This document shows, piece after piece, positions 17,030 through 25,331 of a stretch of 25,331 bases of DNA. Below the pieces are notes generated by a model. That model did no database searches, had not been told where the DNA came from, and worked only from the letters and a program-made list of their open reading frames with translations. The stretch is taken from assembly GCA_027623675.1 (NCBI GenBank), contig JAQBVF010000037.1, forward strand, positions 1 to 25,331, given 5' to 3'. This stretch comes from Chloroflexota bacterium. Its GTDB lineage: Bacteria > Chloroflexota > Dehalococcoidia > Lucifugimonadales > UBA3495. The position numbers and the translations under genes were made by a program. Positions within the stretch are counted from its first letter, which is position 1, and each line of letters begins with the position of its first letter.

Positions 17030-18814
17030 CTATTTCTTGTGAGAGGCGCCTCTGTGCGACGCGCCGACGGTCTCATCGATCAGTTCGTTGATCTCCGAGA
17101 TGCGGCCTGAGATGCTCAGGGCCAATTCCCGGTTGCCGGAGGGCCCGGTCAACTGTCCCAACGACTCAGAAAGCTCGTTGATCCGGTTGCCGATGGCGTC
17201 GGCTGCCTCTTTCCTGGCGTTGGCCAAGGGCTGGGAAACCGCTCGGATCTGTTCGACCAGTTCTCTCACCTTCTCGGAGATGTTCTCGCCGAACTCCCGC
17301 CCGGCCATCGTTACGGGATCAGCCCAGGCCAACAGGGTCTCGGTAGCCTCGCTGAGACGGGAGGCCAATGAGCCGCCCAAGTCCCGGCTGGACGCCGCCA
17401 AGCGCAGCTTATAGGTGCGTAGGATGCGGAACACCCGCCGGTAGACGTCGTCCACCGGGTTTAATTTGGCGGAGTAGCGGTCGAATAGGTCTCGGCTTTC
17501 CTGCATCGTCCACCGCTTGTCCTGATGAACGAACTGGCGTCCGGTGTACAAGTGGTAGGGCCGCATGGCCCCTTCGGGCAGAAGGTCGCCGTTCTCGTCC
17601 AAGGGGACCAAGGAGTCCCAGTTGGAGGTGGCCGGCAAAGGCGTGAGGAAGTTGACGGTCTGGTATTTGCTGACCGTCGTCACCCAATCGGCCAGGTCCA
17701 TGATGCTCTTTTCGGTGTCGAAGGGCAGACCGATGATGGTCATGGCGACCACGGTCATGCCTTCGTCGTTGAGGTACCTCAGGTCTTTGTGCATCTGGCC
17801 GGGTTCCTGCCGCTTGTTCACTGCCAGCAGGTTCTCGGCGTTGTCCGATTCAACTCCCACGTAAACCATCTTGATGTTGGCATCTTGCATGGCGGAGAGC
17901 AGCACCGGGTCCTGGCCGACTTCGGCCCTGACCTGGCAGATCATATTCATGTTGTCGGAGTGGCCCTTCCAGCCCTGCATCCGGGCCAGCCGTTCGTCCC
18001 GGAACTTGACCGCACGCAGGGGCGGAGCGTGGAGGTCGTCGGAGATAAACACCTGGAACGACCCGTTCCGCGAACTGTGAATCAGGCCGTCAGCGGCCAA
18101 TTGGGTCAACTGGGCCAGCCGCTTGTGCTCGGTCTCCCGGGAGATCATCCGGTAGCCAAGGAACTGCTGAATCACCTGGCAGTAAGTGCAGCTTTCCGTG
18201 CAGCCCCGGATGGTTTCGATGACCCCGCCCGCCATCGGATTCTCCGGCGAGAGGTCTTTGATGGAACGGAAGTCGGGCAGTTCCACAAAGTCGGGCGCAA
18301 CCAGACCGCTCCGGTGGGTCTGGACGATGCCGCCGTCCTTGCGGTAGCTGATTCCGGGAATCTTGGCCAGGTATTCGTCCCGGTCGGTGCCGCGGTGCTC
18401 CAATAGCACATCGGACAACTGGCCGATGATGTCTTCACCCTCACGCTGAACGATCACATCGAAGTCGCCATAACTGAAGGCTTCTTCGCACAACGGGCTC
18501 ATCTGTGGGCCGCCGCCGATGGTGATGATGTTGGGGTGGAACTGCTTGGCCAACCGGGCCATCTGGTAGCCGCGGGGAGCCTCATTGATCAGCGCAGTGA
18601 CCATGAAGATGTCGACACCTTCCAGGTCCTTGTCCGGGTCCATGAGCCCAGAGCGGTCTTCGAACCAAATCTCCCGCTCGTAGATATTGGGGCCTTCCCA
18701 TTGAGCTAACGCTCCCGAGAGGAAAAGCATCCCTTGCCTGGGTATGGCTACGTATTCAAAATTTCCACCGGCTGAAGCTGGTTGAAACAGCACCACCCGT
18801 TTTATTCGCGACAT
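17030..18814 (-). CDS. B12-binding-domain radical SAM protein with a C-terminal helical-repeat extension
   Basis: N-terminal Rossmann-like cobalamin-binding region (IGGGPQ, VQREGE, IPGISY); ETIRGCTESCTYC (CxxxCxxC at 18179-18202); VGVES, IIGLP, LTPLP; AGGAG RBS. Confidence 0.9.
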   Translation of the reverse strand: MSRIKRVVLFQPASAGGNFEYVAIPRQGMLFLSGALAQWEGPNIYEREIWFEDRSGLMDPDKDLEGVDIFMVTALINEAPRGYQMARLAKQFHPNIITIGGGPQMSPLCEEAFSYGDFDVIVQREGEDIIGQLSDVLLEHRGTDRDEYLAKIPGISYRKDGGIVQTHRSGLVAPDFVELPDFRSIKDLSPENPMAGGVIETIRGCTESCTYCQVIQQFLGYRMISRETEHKRLAQLTQLAADGLIHSSRNGSFQVFISDDLHAPPLRAVKFRDERLARMQGWKGHSDNMNMICQVRAEVGQDPVLLSAMQDANIKMVYVGVESDNAENLLAVNKRQEPGQMHKDLRYLNDEGMTVVAMTIIGLPFDTEKSIMDLADWVTTVSKYQTVNFLTPLPATSNWDSLVPLDENGDLLPEGAMRPYHLYTGRQFVHQDKRWTMQESRDLFDRYSAKLNPVDDVYRRVFRILRTYKLRLAASSRDLGGSLASRLSEATETLLAWADPVTMAGREFGENISEKVRELVEQIRAVSQPLANARKEAADAIGNRINELSESLGQLTGPSGNRELALSISGRISEINELIDETVGASHRGASHKK

Positions 18815-18989
18815 GTCTGCTCCTATTGGATGCTACTAACTGGCGGTCTAACGGTCCTTTTTCGACCGAGACACTGCTTGTATTTCGCGATTGTTAGGGG
18901 CTGTTAATGGCGGCCATGCCAGGGGATCTCGGCAGGCAAAGTTAAGATTCACCGACTGCGCCTTAATAGCCACTAGGACCTCGCGTGCA

Positions 18990-18995
18990 ATTATA
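18990..18995 (-). promoter_or_regulatory. Candidate -10 box upstream of the radical SAM gene
   Basis: TATAAT on the minus strand about 175 nt upstream of the start; no convincing -35. Confidence 0.35.
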
Positions 18996-19221
18996 CAGGA
19001 TTCACTCCGGCGAGAAGAACCAATTTTCACCCTGACCTACCCGGTTTTCGCAGTTTTCTCACTGGTTATTCACCGGGGTGGCTTCTCGCCGAACCATCTG
19101 ATGATGGCTGTCCAATATCATCACGGAACATATTCTACGCCAGTTGAACACGGTTGTCATAATCACTTGCCCAACGCGACTAGCAGGTGTTGCTGGAGTC
19201 ATATCTTAATGTCATTTCGGA

Positions 19222-20166
19222 TCATTTGCCGCGAAAATGGGGTATGAGTTCTTTGGCGATGGTTTCGAGATGCCGCGCCCGGTCTTCCCTGGGGCAACTG
19301 ATGCTGAAGACAATGTGCCGCGCCCCGGCATCGATGTACTCTTGAAGCTGCTCGATGCAGTTTTGAACGGTCCCCAGCAAACAGTACTTCCGCACGATGT
19401 CCAGGAACTCCCCGCCGTACAGATACCGCCCGCCTAGCTGCGTAGCCGCGACCTCGGCCGCCTGCTGCTCAGTGGGGTAGATGGCGATGTAGGGGAAATG
19501 CGCCCACTGGAAATTCGACAGGTCCCGGCCGGTCTCCGCGGCCATTCCCTTGATCTTGGCCACGCTGCTGGCGTACCTGGGCGCGTCGTAGAAATAAGGC
19601 ATCCAGCCATCGCCGAACTTTACGGCCCGGGCCATGGCGGCGTCACGCCGGCCCGAAACCCAGACGGGCGGATTGGGCTGCTGCACCGGGGTGGGGTTGA
19701 TCATGGCCTCGTTCAGTTGGAAATGGCGCCCGGAAAACGTTACGCGTTCTCCCGTCCACAGTTGGCGCAGTACCTCCAGGCACTCGTCGGTACGTCGCCC
19801 CCTTTGGTTCACTTGAAGCCCGGCAGCTTCGAATTCAACCGGAAACTCACCACCGACGCCCACACCCAAGGTCAAGCGTCCGTTGGACGCCGCGTCCAAG
19901 GTCGCAGTCATCCTCGCCAGCATCAGCGGATGGTAGAAGGGCGTTAGCAGGATGGAAGAGAGCACCCTCAGGTTGTCCGTGGCTCCGGCGGCAACGGCCA
20001 ACACGGGCAGCGTCGCGTGCGTCGGACCGGGCGGATCGCCGCGCATGAAGTGCTCCCCGGCCGAGAGATACTCGTAGCCCAGTTCCTCCATCCAACGCGC
20101 TTGCCGGGCGGTTTCGCCGACTCCTAATGCCAGTCCGGCTCCGAAATGCAGGTCCAGATCAGCCAT
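19222..20166 (-). CDS. LLM-class (luciferase-like) flavin-dependent oxidoreductase
   Basis: AGEHF, HPLMLARMTATLDAASNGRLTLGVGVG, PVQQPNPPVWVSG, GDGWMP. Start placed at ATG 20166 after AGGGGA. Confidence 0.92.
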   Translation of the reverse strand: MADLDLHFGAGLALGVGETARQARWMEELGYEYLSAGEHFMRGDPPGPTHATLPVLAVAAGATDNLRVLSSILLTPFYHPLMLARMTATLDAASNGRLTLGVGVGGEFPVEFEAAGLQVNQRGRRTDECLEVLRQLWTGERVTFSGRHFQLNEAMINPTPVQQPNPPVWVSGRRDAAMARAVKFGDGWMPYFYDAPRYASSVAKIKGMAAETGRDLSNFQWAHFPYIAIYPTEQQAAEVAATQLGGRYLYGGEFLDIVRKYCLLGTVQNCIEQLQEYIDAGARHIVFSISCPREDRARHLETIAKELIPHFRGK

Positions 20167-20316
20167 AACATCCCCTGGGCGACACGATTGGGCAACACGA
20201 TTGCTCATTCAAGCAAGTTCCGGTGGGTATTTTACTTGAGTCGGCGAAGATTTGGGGAGCTTTAGGACGGCCACCTTGACATCTCCCGACGAGATTTGCC
20301 ATCGTTGAACCTGAAG

Positions 20317-20369
20317 ATTCGCCTAACGGTTCGCCTGGCCATTCGCCTGGCCATTCGCCTGGCCATTCG
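20317..20369. repeat. 12-bp tandem repeat (ATTCGCCTGGCC), about 4.4 units
   Basis: ATTCGCCTAACG, GTTCGCCTGGCC, ATTCGCCTGGCC, ATTCGCCTGGCC, ATTCG. Confidence 0.9.
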
Positions 20370-20396
20370 ATTGAGACACCCCATGGAGTAGATGAT

Positions 20397-21347
20397 TTGG
20401 TTGTTCTGGTAACCGGCGGCACCGGATTCCTTGGCCGGCGCGTGGTCCGCGAGCTTTTGGAACGCAACCACCAGGTGCGTTGTCTGGTGCACACGCCGGG
20501 GCGGGAGCGTATCTTCGACCACCGCCGGGTAGAGGTGGAATACGGGAGCGTGCAGGACCCGGCGTCATTGAACAATGCATTCCACGATGTGGAAACGGTG
20601 GTGCACCTAGCCGGGGTGATCCGCCGGCGGCGGCGCAACGGCTTTGACGACGTGCACCGGGAGGGCACGGCCAACGTGGTGGCGGCAGCCAAAGCGGCTG
20701 GGGCACGACACTTACTGCACGTGAGCGTCGTCGGCGCGGCCAAAGACCAGACCTACCCCTACCTGTATACCAAGTGGCAGGGCGAGCAGGAGGTCATCAA
20801 CGGCGGCGTCCCCTACACCATCTTCCGGCCGTCCATGTTGTTCGGCGAGGGCGACGAGTTCCTGAACGCCCTGGCCGGGCTGGTCCGCCTGTTCCCCCTG
20901 GTGCCGGTGATCGGGGCCGGCAACAACCGGTTGCAACCGTTGTCGGTGGACGACCTGGCCCGCTGCATCGCGATAACCCTGGGGCGCGAGGACCTGAAGG
21001 GTCAGGCATTGGACCTGGGCGGCCCGGAACGCCTCAATTACAACGAGTTGGTATCCGTGGTGGCCAAGGCGATGGGCAAGCGCCGCCTGCGCGTTCACTT
21101 GCCGGTCTGGTTGATGTACTCCGCAGCCAAGGTTAGTGAGGGTCTGCTGCCCCGGCCTCCCATCACCACCGACCAGATCAAGATGCTGGGGCTTCGCAGC
21201 GTGGCTGAGATGGGCGAGGTGGAGCGTATCTTTAGGTTTACCCCCCGGCCCTTGGAAGGTAACATTGATTTCGTGAAATCGGTGGGAATCGCCGACGGTA
21301 TTCAGATGTTATTGGGCGCAATGCCCCGCCGCATCCGCGACCACTAA
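20397..21347 (+). CDS. Atypical SDR / NAD(P)-dependent epimerase, complex I NDUFA9-like family
   Basis: VTGGTGFLG, VVHLAG, YLYTK (YxxxK), TIFRPS..FGEGD, LQPLSVDD; GGAG RBS and TTG start. Confidence 0.88.
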   Translation: MVVLVTGGTGFLGRRVVRELLERNHQVRCLVHTPGRERIFDHRRVEVEYGSVQDPASLNNAFHDVETVVHLAGVIRRRRRNGFDDVHREGTANVVAAAKAAGARHLLHVSVVGAAKDQTYPYLYTKWQGEQEVINGGVPYTIFRPSMLFGEGDEFLNALAGLVRLFPLVPVIGAGNNRLQPLSVDDLARCIAITLGREDLKGQALDLGGPERLNYNELVSVVAKAMGKRRLRVHLPVWLMYSAAKVSEGLLPRPPITTDQIKMLGLRSVAEMGEVERIFRFTPRPLEGNIDFVKSVGIADGIQMLLGAMPRRIRDH

Positions 21348-21388
21348 CCCCCGCCCGCCTCATCCTCCGGTCTATTCTTAGGAGTAAA

Positions 21389-22759
21389 TTGGACTACCGT
21401 CAGTCAATCGCCCGTCTTCTGGCCCTGGTTGACCACGAAAGGAACCTGGTCACGGGTCCGCGGCAGAAGGCCATCTACGACCTCACCCGGATGGAGGCGT
21501 TGCTGGGGCTGCTGGGCAACCCCCAACATCAGGTGCCAGCGGTCCACATCGCCGGCACCAAGGGCAAAGGCAGCACCGCCGCCCTCTGCGACGCGGCCTT
21601 GCACGCCGCCGGATCGAAGACCGGTTTCTACTCGTCGCCGCACCTGCACACATTCAGAGAGCGCATCCGCCGCGACTCCCAACCCATCTCTCAAGAGAAG
21701 TTTGCGGGGTTAGTAGAGGGACTATGGCCGCTGCATGAGGAATTGGGCGGGGATCCCAGCATCGGGCCTCTGACGCTGTTCGAATATCTCACGGGCATGG
21801 CCTTCCAATGTTTCGCCCAAGACCGGACCGATGTCCAGGTGATTGAGGTGGGTTTGGGCGGCAGATTGGACGCCACCAACGTCTTGGATGCCGGGATTTG
21901 CGTCATCACTTCGATCAGCCTGGACCACATGGCAATCCTGGGCGACACCATCGGCGAGATCGCCGCCGACAAGGCGGGCATCATCAAACCGGGGTCAACC
22001 GTTGTCATCGCCCCACAGGTGCCCGAGGCCCTTTCGCAGGTCCTAGCCGCCTGTGAATCGAAGGGGGCCGCGCCCATATTGGTGGGCCGGGACGTCACCT
22101 GGGAAGAGGGCGAGTCCAGTTTGGACGGGCAGCGGCTGGTGGTCCGGGGCCGAAACGGCGAGTACGACCTACGGATGCCACTGTTGGGCAGTCACCAACT
22201 CGAGAACGCGGCGGCGGCCGTGGCGGCGTTGGAAGCGCTGGCCAGCCAGGGCATTGACGTTCCGCTCCAGGCCATGCAAACCGGCTTCCAGCGGGTGGAG
22301 TGGCCTTGCCGGATGGAGGTATTGTCGCGCGCTCCCCTCTTGGTGGCCGACGGTGCGCACAACGTATACTCAGTGGAGAGTGTTCTAAAGTCACTGCCCA
22401 AGTATCTGGAATACGACCGGCTGATCGTGGTGGCCGGGTTCTCGAGGGACAAGAACGTCGGGGGGATGGCCCAAGCTCTGGGCGAAAAGGCTGATTCGGT
22501 GATCGCCACCGCGTCCCGGCATCCGCGCTCTTTGACGCCCGGCGAGGTCGCTGGGCTGTTCAGCGGGTCGGGTAAGCCGGTCGCCCTGGCCCGGACTCCG
22601 GCGGAGGCCATCAAAGCGGCCATCGGCCAGGCCGGTCCACGGGACCTGGTGCTCGCCACCGGCTCGCTGTTCCTGACCGCCGAGGTCCGGGAATCTGCGC
22701 TGGGAATCGAACCCGAGGTGTATCCGGAACTGACTTCGCCAGGGCAGCAGGGCATCTAG
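21389..22759 (+). CDS. folC: Bifunctional folylpolyglutamate/dihydrofolate synthase
   Basis: HIAGTKGKGST, YSSPHL, EVGLGGRLDATN, DGAHN, TGSLF. Confidence 0.95.
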   Translation: MDYRQSIARLLALVDHERNLVTGPRQKAIYDLTRMEALLGLLGNPQHQVPAVHIAGTKGKGSTAALCDAALHAAGSKTGFYSSPHLHTFRERIRRDSQPISQEKFAGLVEGLWPLHEELGGDPSIGPLTLFEYLTGMAFQCFAQDRTDVQVIEVGLGGRLDATNVLDAGICVITSISLDHMAILGDTIGEIAADKAGIIKPGSTVVIAPQVPEALSQVLAACESKGAAPILVGRDVTWEEGESSLDGQRLVVRGRNGEYDLRMPLLGSHQLENAAAAVAALEALASQGIDVPLQAMQTGFQRVEWPCRMEVLSRAPLLVADGAHNVYSVESVLKSLPKYLEYDRLIVVAGFSRDKNVGGMAQALGEKADSVIATASRHPRSLTPGEVAGLFSGSGKPVALARTPAEAIKAAIGQAGPRDLVLATGSLFLTAEVRESALGIEPEVYPELTSPGQQGI

Positions 22760-22803
22760 GCAATGCGGGAATAACAAGGGCACAAGCACAAGGAGCGACT
22801 CCA

Positions 22804-24054
22804 TTGGTAGACGATCGGGTAAGGGTGGTAATCACCGGCATGGGGGCCATGACCCCCCTGGGTGAGAACCCGGATGAATATTGGAAGAACCTGGCGGCTG
22901 GAACATCGGGCATCGGCCCCATGACTCTCTGCGACCCCACCGGTTACCCCTGCCGTATATCGGGCGAAGTGTCCGGATTTGACCCCAGCAACTACATGGA
23001 GGCACGCGACGCCCGCCGCATGGCCCGCTTCACCCAACTTGCCGTGGCCGCGGCGCTCCAGGCGGTGACAGCATCCAGGTGGGACATCGCCAACGACGAC
23101 CCCTACCGGGTGGGCGTGATACTGGGCAACGGCAACGGCGGGTTCCCCACTCTCGAAGAGAACTGCCGCATCCTGGCGGACCGCGGCGGTATGCGCATGT
23201 CGCCCTTCTTCTTTCCCATGATATTACCCAACATGGCCGCCGCCGCCGTCAGCCGTTACACCGGCGCCCACGGCTACAATTCCACCGCCACCACGGCCTG
23301 CGCGGCTTCCAACCAGGCGATGGGCGAGGCCATGGAGGTGATCCGGCGCGGCGACGCCGACGTGATGCTGGCCGGCGGGACTGAGGCCGGGATCAGCCTG
23401 CTGGGACTGTCCGGATTCGCGGTGATGCGCGCGCTCAGCACCAGGAATGACGAACCGCACAAGGCCAGCCGACCCTTCGACTCGGGACGGGACGGGTTCA
23501 TCCCCTCTGAAGGCTCAGTGATCATGGTTCTGGAGAGTTTGGAGCATGCCCTGGGCCGGGGCGCGGATATCCTGGCTGAGTTGGCGGGGTTCGGTTCTAC
23601 CAGCGACGCCGGGCACCCGGTGCAGCCCGAAGAGACCGGGGCCAGTGCGGCAGCGGCGATGGGTATCGCGTTGGCCGACGCCCGTGTGTCCTTGGATGAA
23701 GTGGACTACATCAATGCACACGGCACATCCACGCCGCTGAACGACGCTCTGGAAACCGTCGCCATCAAAAGGCTGTTCGGGGACCTTGCCTACCGTGTTC
23801 CGGTCAGTTCCACCAAGTCGATGATCGGCCACTCCTTGGGCGCGGCCGGCTCGCTGGACGCCGCCGCCTGCGTCAAGACCATCACCGAGGCGATGATTCA
23901 CCCGACGGCCAATCTGGATGACCCCGATCCCGAATGCGACCTGGACTACGTGCCCAACGTAGCCCGGCCCAAAGACGTCCACGTGGCCTTGTCCAATGCC
24001 TTTGGGTTCGGTGGCCAGAACGCCTGCCTCGTTTTTCGCAAGTATGTGGGGTAA
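22804..24054 (+). CDS. fabF: Beta-ketoacyl-ACP synthase II (paralog 2)
   Basis: RVVITGMG, TACAAS (catalytic Cys), NAHGTST, KSMIGHSLG, NAFGFGGQN; AAGGAG RBS. Confidence 0.93.
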   Translation: MVDDRVRVVITGMGAMTPLGENPDEYWKNLAAGTSGIGPMTLCDPTGYPCRISGEVSGFDPSNYMEARDARRMARFTQLAVAAALQAVTASRWDIANDDPYRVGVILGNGNGGFPTLEENCRILADRGGMRMSPFFFPMILPNMAAAAVSRYTGAHGYNSTATTACAASNQAMGEAMEVIRRGDADVMLAGGTEAGISLLGLSGFAVMRALSTRNDEPHKASRPFDSGRDGFIPSEGSVIMVLESLEHALGRGADILAELAGFGSTSDAGHPVQPEETGASAAAAMGIALADARVSLDEVDYINAHGTSTPLNDALETVAIKRLFGDLAYRVPVSSTKSMIGHSLGAAGSLDAAACVKTITEAMIHPTANLDDPDPECDLDYVPNVARPKDVHVALSNAFGFGGQNACLVFRKYVG

Positions 24055-24162
24055 ATCCATGACAGGGGGTTCTTGCGTGGGCAAGCGTGGGTGCGGCTAC
24101 AATGGCTGGGGCATAGCGCGGGCCATTGGGCGGCGGGGCTGACTATATGACGGGAGAATAGG

Positions 24163-25191
24163 ATGGCCGAACGACTGGTTTCCGGCGACCTGCTACAGGA
24201 AGACCAAGACACCTCTTTACGGCCGAGGCGGCTGGAAGATTTTGTCGGCCAGGCCAACACCAAAGAGAACCTGTCAATCTCCATCCAGGCTGCCAAGATG
24301 CGGGAAGAGCCGTTGGACCACGTCATCATCTACGGCCCGCCGGGCCTGGGCAAAACCACCCTGGCCAACATAATCGCCGCCGAGATGGGCGTCCAGATCA
24401 GGGTGACTTCGGGACCCGCCGTGGAGCGGGCCGGGGACATGGCCGCCATCTTAACCAGCCTCCAACCCGGAGACGTGCTATTCGTCGACGAGGTCCACCG
24501 CCTGAACCGCGTGGTGGAAGAGGTGCTTTATTCGGCGATGGAGGACTTTTTCCTGTCGTGGATGGTTGGCAAGGGATTGGCCGCCCGCAACGTGAACCTC
24601 AGGATCAACCCCTTCACCCTGGTGGGCGCCACCACCCGTTTCTCCATGGTCAGCGCGCCGCTGCGGGACCGTTTCGGCTCGGTCTGCCGTCTGGACTACT
24701 ACGACAATGAGGAAATGAAGATCATCGTCGAGCGTTCCGCCCGCATCCTTGAGGCCTCGGCCGACCAAGAGGGACTGGACCTGATCGCCTCCCGGTCCAG
24801 AGGCACGCCCAGGGTGGCCAACCGCCTGCTGAAGCGTACCAGGGATTACGCATTGGTCAAGGCCGATGACCGGATCAACCGTGAGGTGGCCCTGGCCGCG
24901 TTGCACCAATTGAACGTGGATGAACTGGGTCTGGACCGGTCGGACCACCGCCTGCTCATCAGCATCATCGACAAGTTCGATGGCGGACCCGTCGGCCTGG
25001 AGACCCTCGCCGCGTCATTGAATGAAGACTCGGACACCATCATGGATGTATGGGAGCCGTTCCTGCTTCAATTGGGCTTCCTGGAACGCACTCCCAGAGG
25101 CCGGGTCGCCACCCGCCGCGCCCACGACCACCTGGGCCGGCCTTTCCTCACACCCGAGAACACCGATCCGAGAAAATTCAACGGGTTCTGA
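24163..25191 (+). CDS. ruvB: Holliday junction branch migration helicase RuvB
   Basis: [57 protein letters not shown]. Confidence 0.97.
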   Translation: MAERLVSGDLLQEDQDTSLRPRRLEDFVGQANTKENLSISIQAAKMREEPLDHVIIYGPPGLGKTTLANIIAAEMGVQIRVTSGPAVERAGDMAAILTSLQPGDVLFVDEVHRLNRVVEEVLYSAMEDFFLSWMVGKGLAARNVNLRINPFTLVGATTRFSMVSAPLRDRFGSVCRLDYYDNEEMKIIVERSARILEASADQEGLDLIASRSRGTPRVANRLLKRTRDYALVKADDRINREVALAALHQLNVDELGLDRSDHRLLISIIDKFDGGPVGLETLAASLNEDSDTIMDVWEPFLLQLGFLERTPRGRVATRRAHDHLGRPFLTPENTDPRKFNGF

Positions 25192-25261
25192 GCTTATCCC
25201 AGCGATTTTGACCTTTGATGTGGTATCTGTCGCCTCCCGGCGCGGCCAGGGCAATCGCATC

Positions 25262-25330
25262 TCATAGGGATAACACCTTGAGAAGGTAGTCCTCATCCCA
25301 GCCGGCCCTCAATCTTCTGGCCTTGACCCC
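25262..25330 (-). CDS. Possible 3' end of a gene entering from the right edge
   Basis: Open frame from the edge: GVKARRLRAGWDEDYLLKVLSL-stop. Only 22 codons are visible. Confidence 0.3.
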   Translation of the reverse strand, partial: GVKARRLRAGWDEDYLLKVLSL

Positions 25331-25331
25331 A

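Noticed and set aside
17525..18406. 293-aa antisense ORF (and the 276-aa alternative-frame ORF at 13118-13948)
   Set aside because: Each overlaps a well-supported gene and has no motifs; such ORFs are expected in GC-rich DNA.
18815..18990. Cobalamin riboswitch upstream of the B12 radical SAM gene
   Set aside because: No recognisable GGGAA / GCCACTG / B12-box elements on the minus strand.
15675..24054. Type II PKS KS/chain-length-factor pair
   Set aside because: Both proteins keep the catalytic Cys and both His residues, are not adjacent, and no ACP or cyclase gene is present.

Overview
GC-rich bacterial chromosomal window, mostly housekeeping genes. The flavin monooxygenases (acyl-CoA-dehydrogenase-fold and luciferase-like), the Alu-containing large SRP RNA and the style of lgt/ispE suggest Chloroflexota, possibly SAR202/Dehalococcoidia (inference). 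Gene order: flavin monooxygenase, membrane-anchored collagen-like protein, tRNA-Leu(TAG), LRR-only protein, oppD/oppF-type ATPases, lepA, DinB-like protein, galU, SRP RNA (ffs), rsmA, ispE, lgt, recJ, fabF-1, B12-binding radical SAM protein, LLM oxidoreductase, NDUFA9-like SDR, folC, fabF-2, ruvB. No CRISPR array, transposase or integrase gene is visible. The best candidate for something undescribed is the B12-binding radical SAM enzyme. It carries four ~29-aa amphipathic-helix repeats at its C-terminus, lies directly upstream of fabF-1, and is about 4 kb from a second fabF with an altered acyl-pocket motif. Together these could form a fatty-acid or lipid tailoring system, but this is only a hypothesis.
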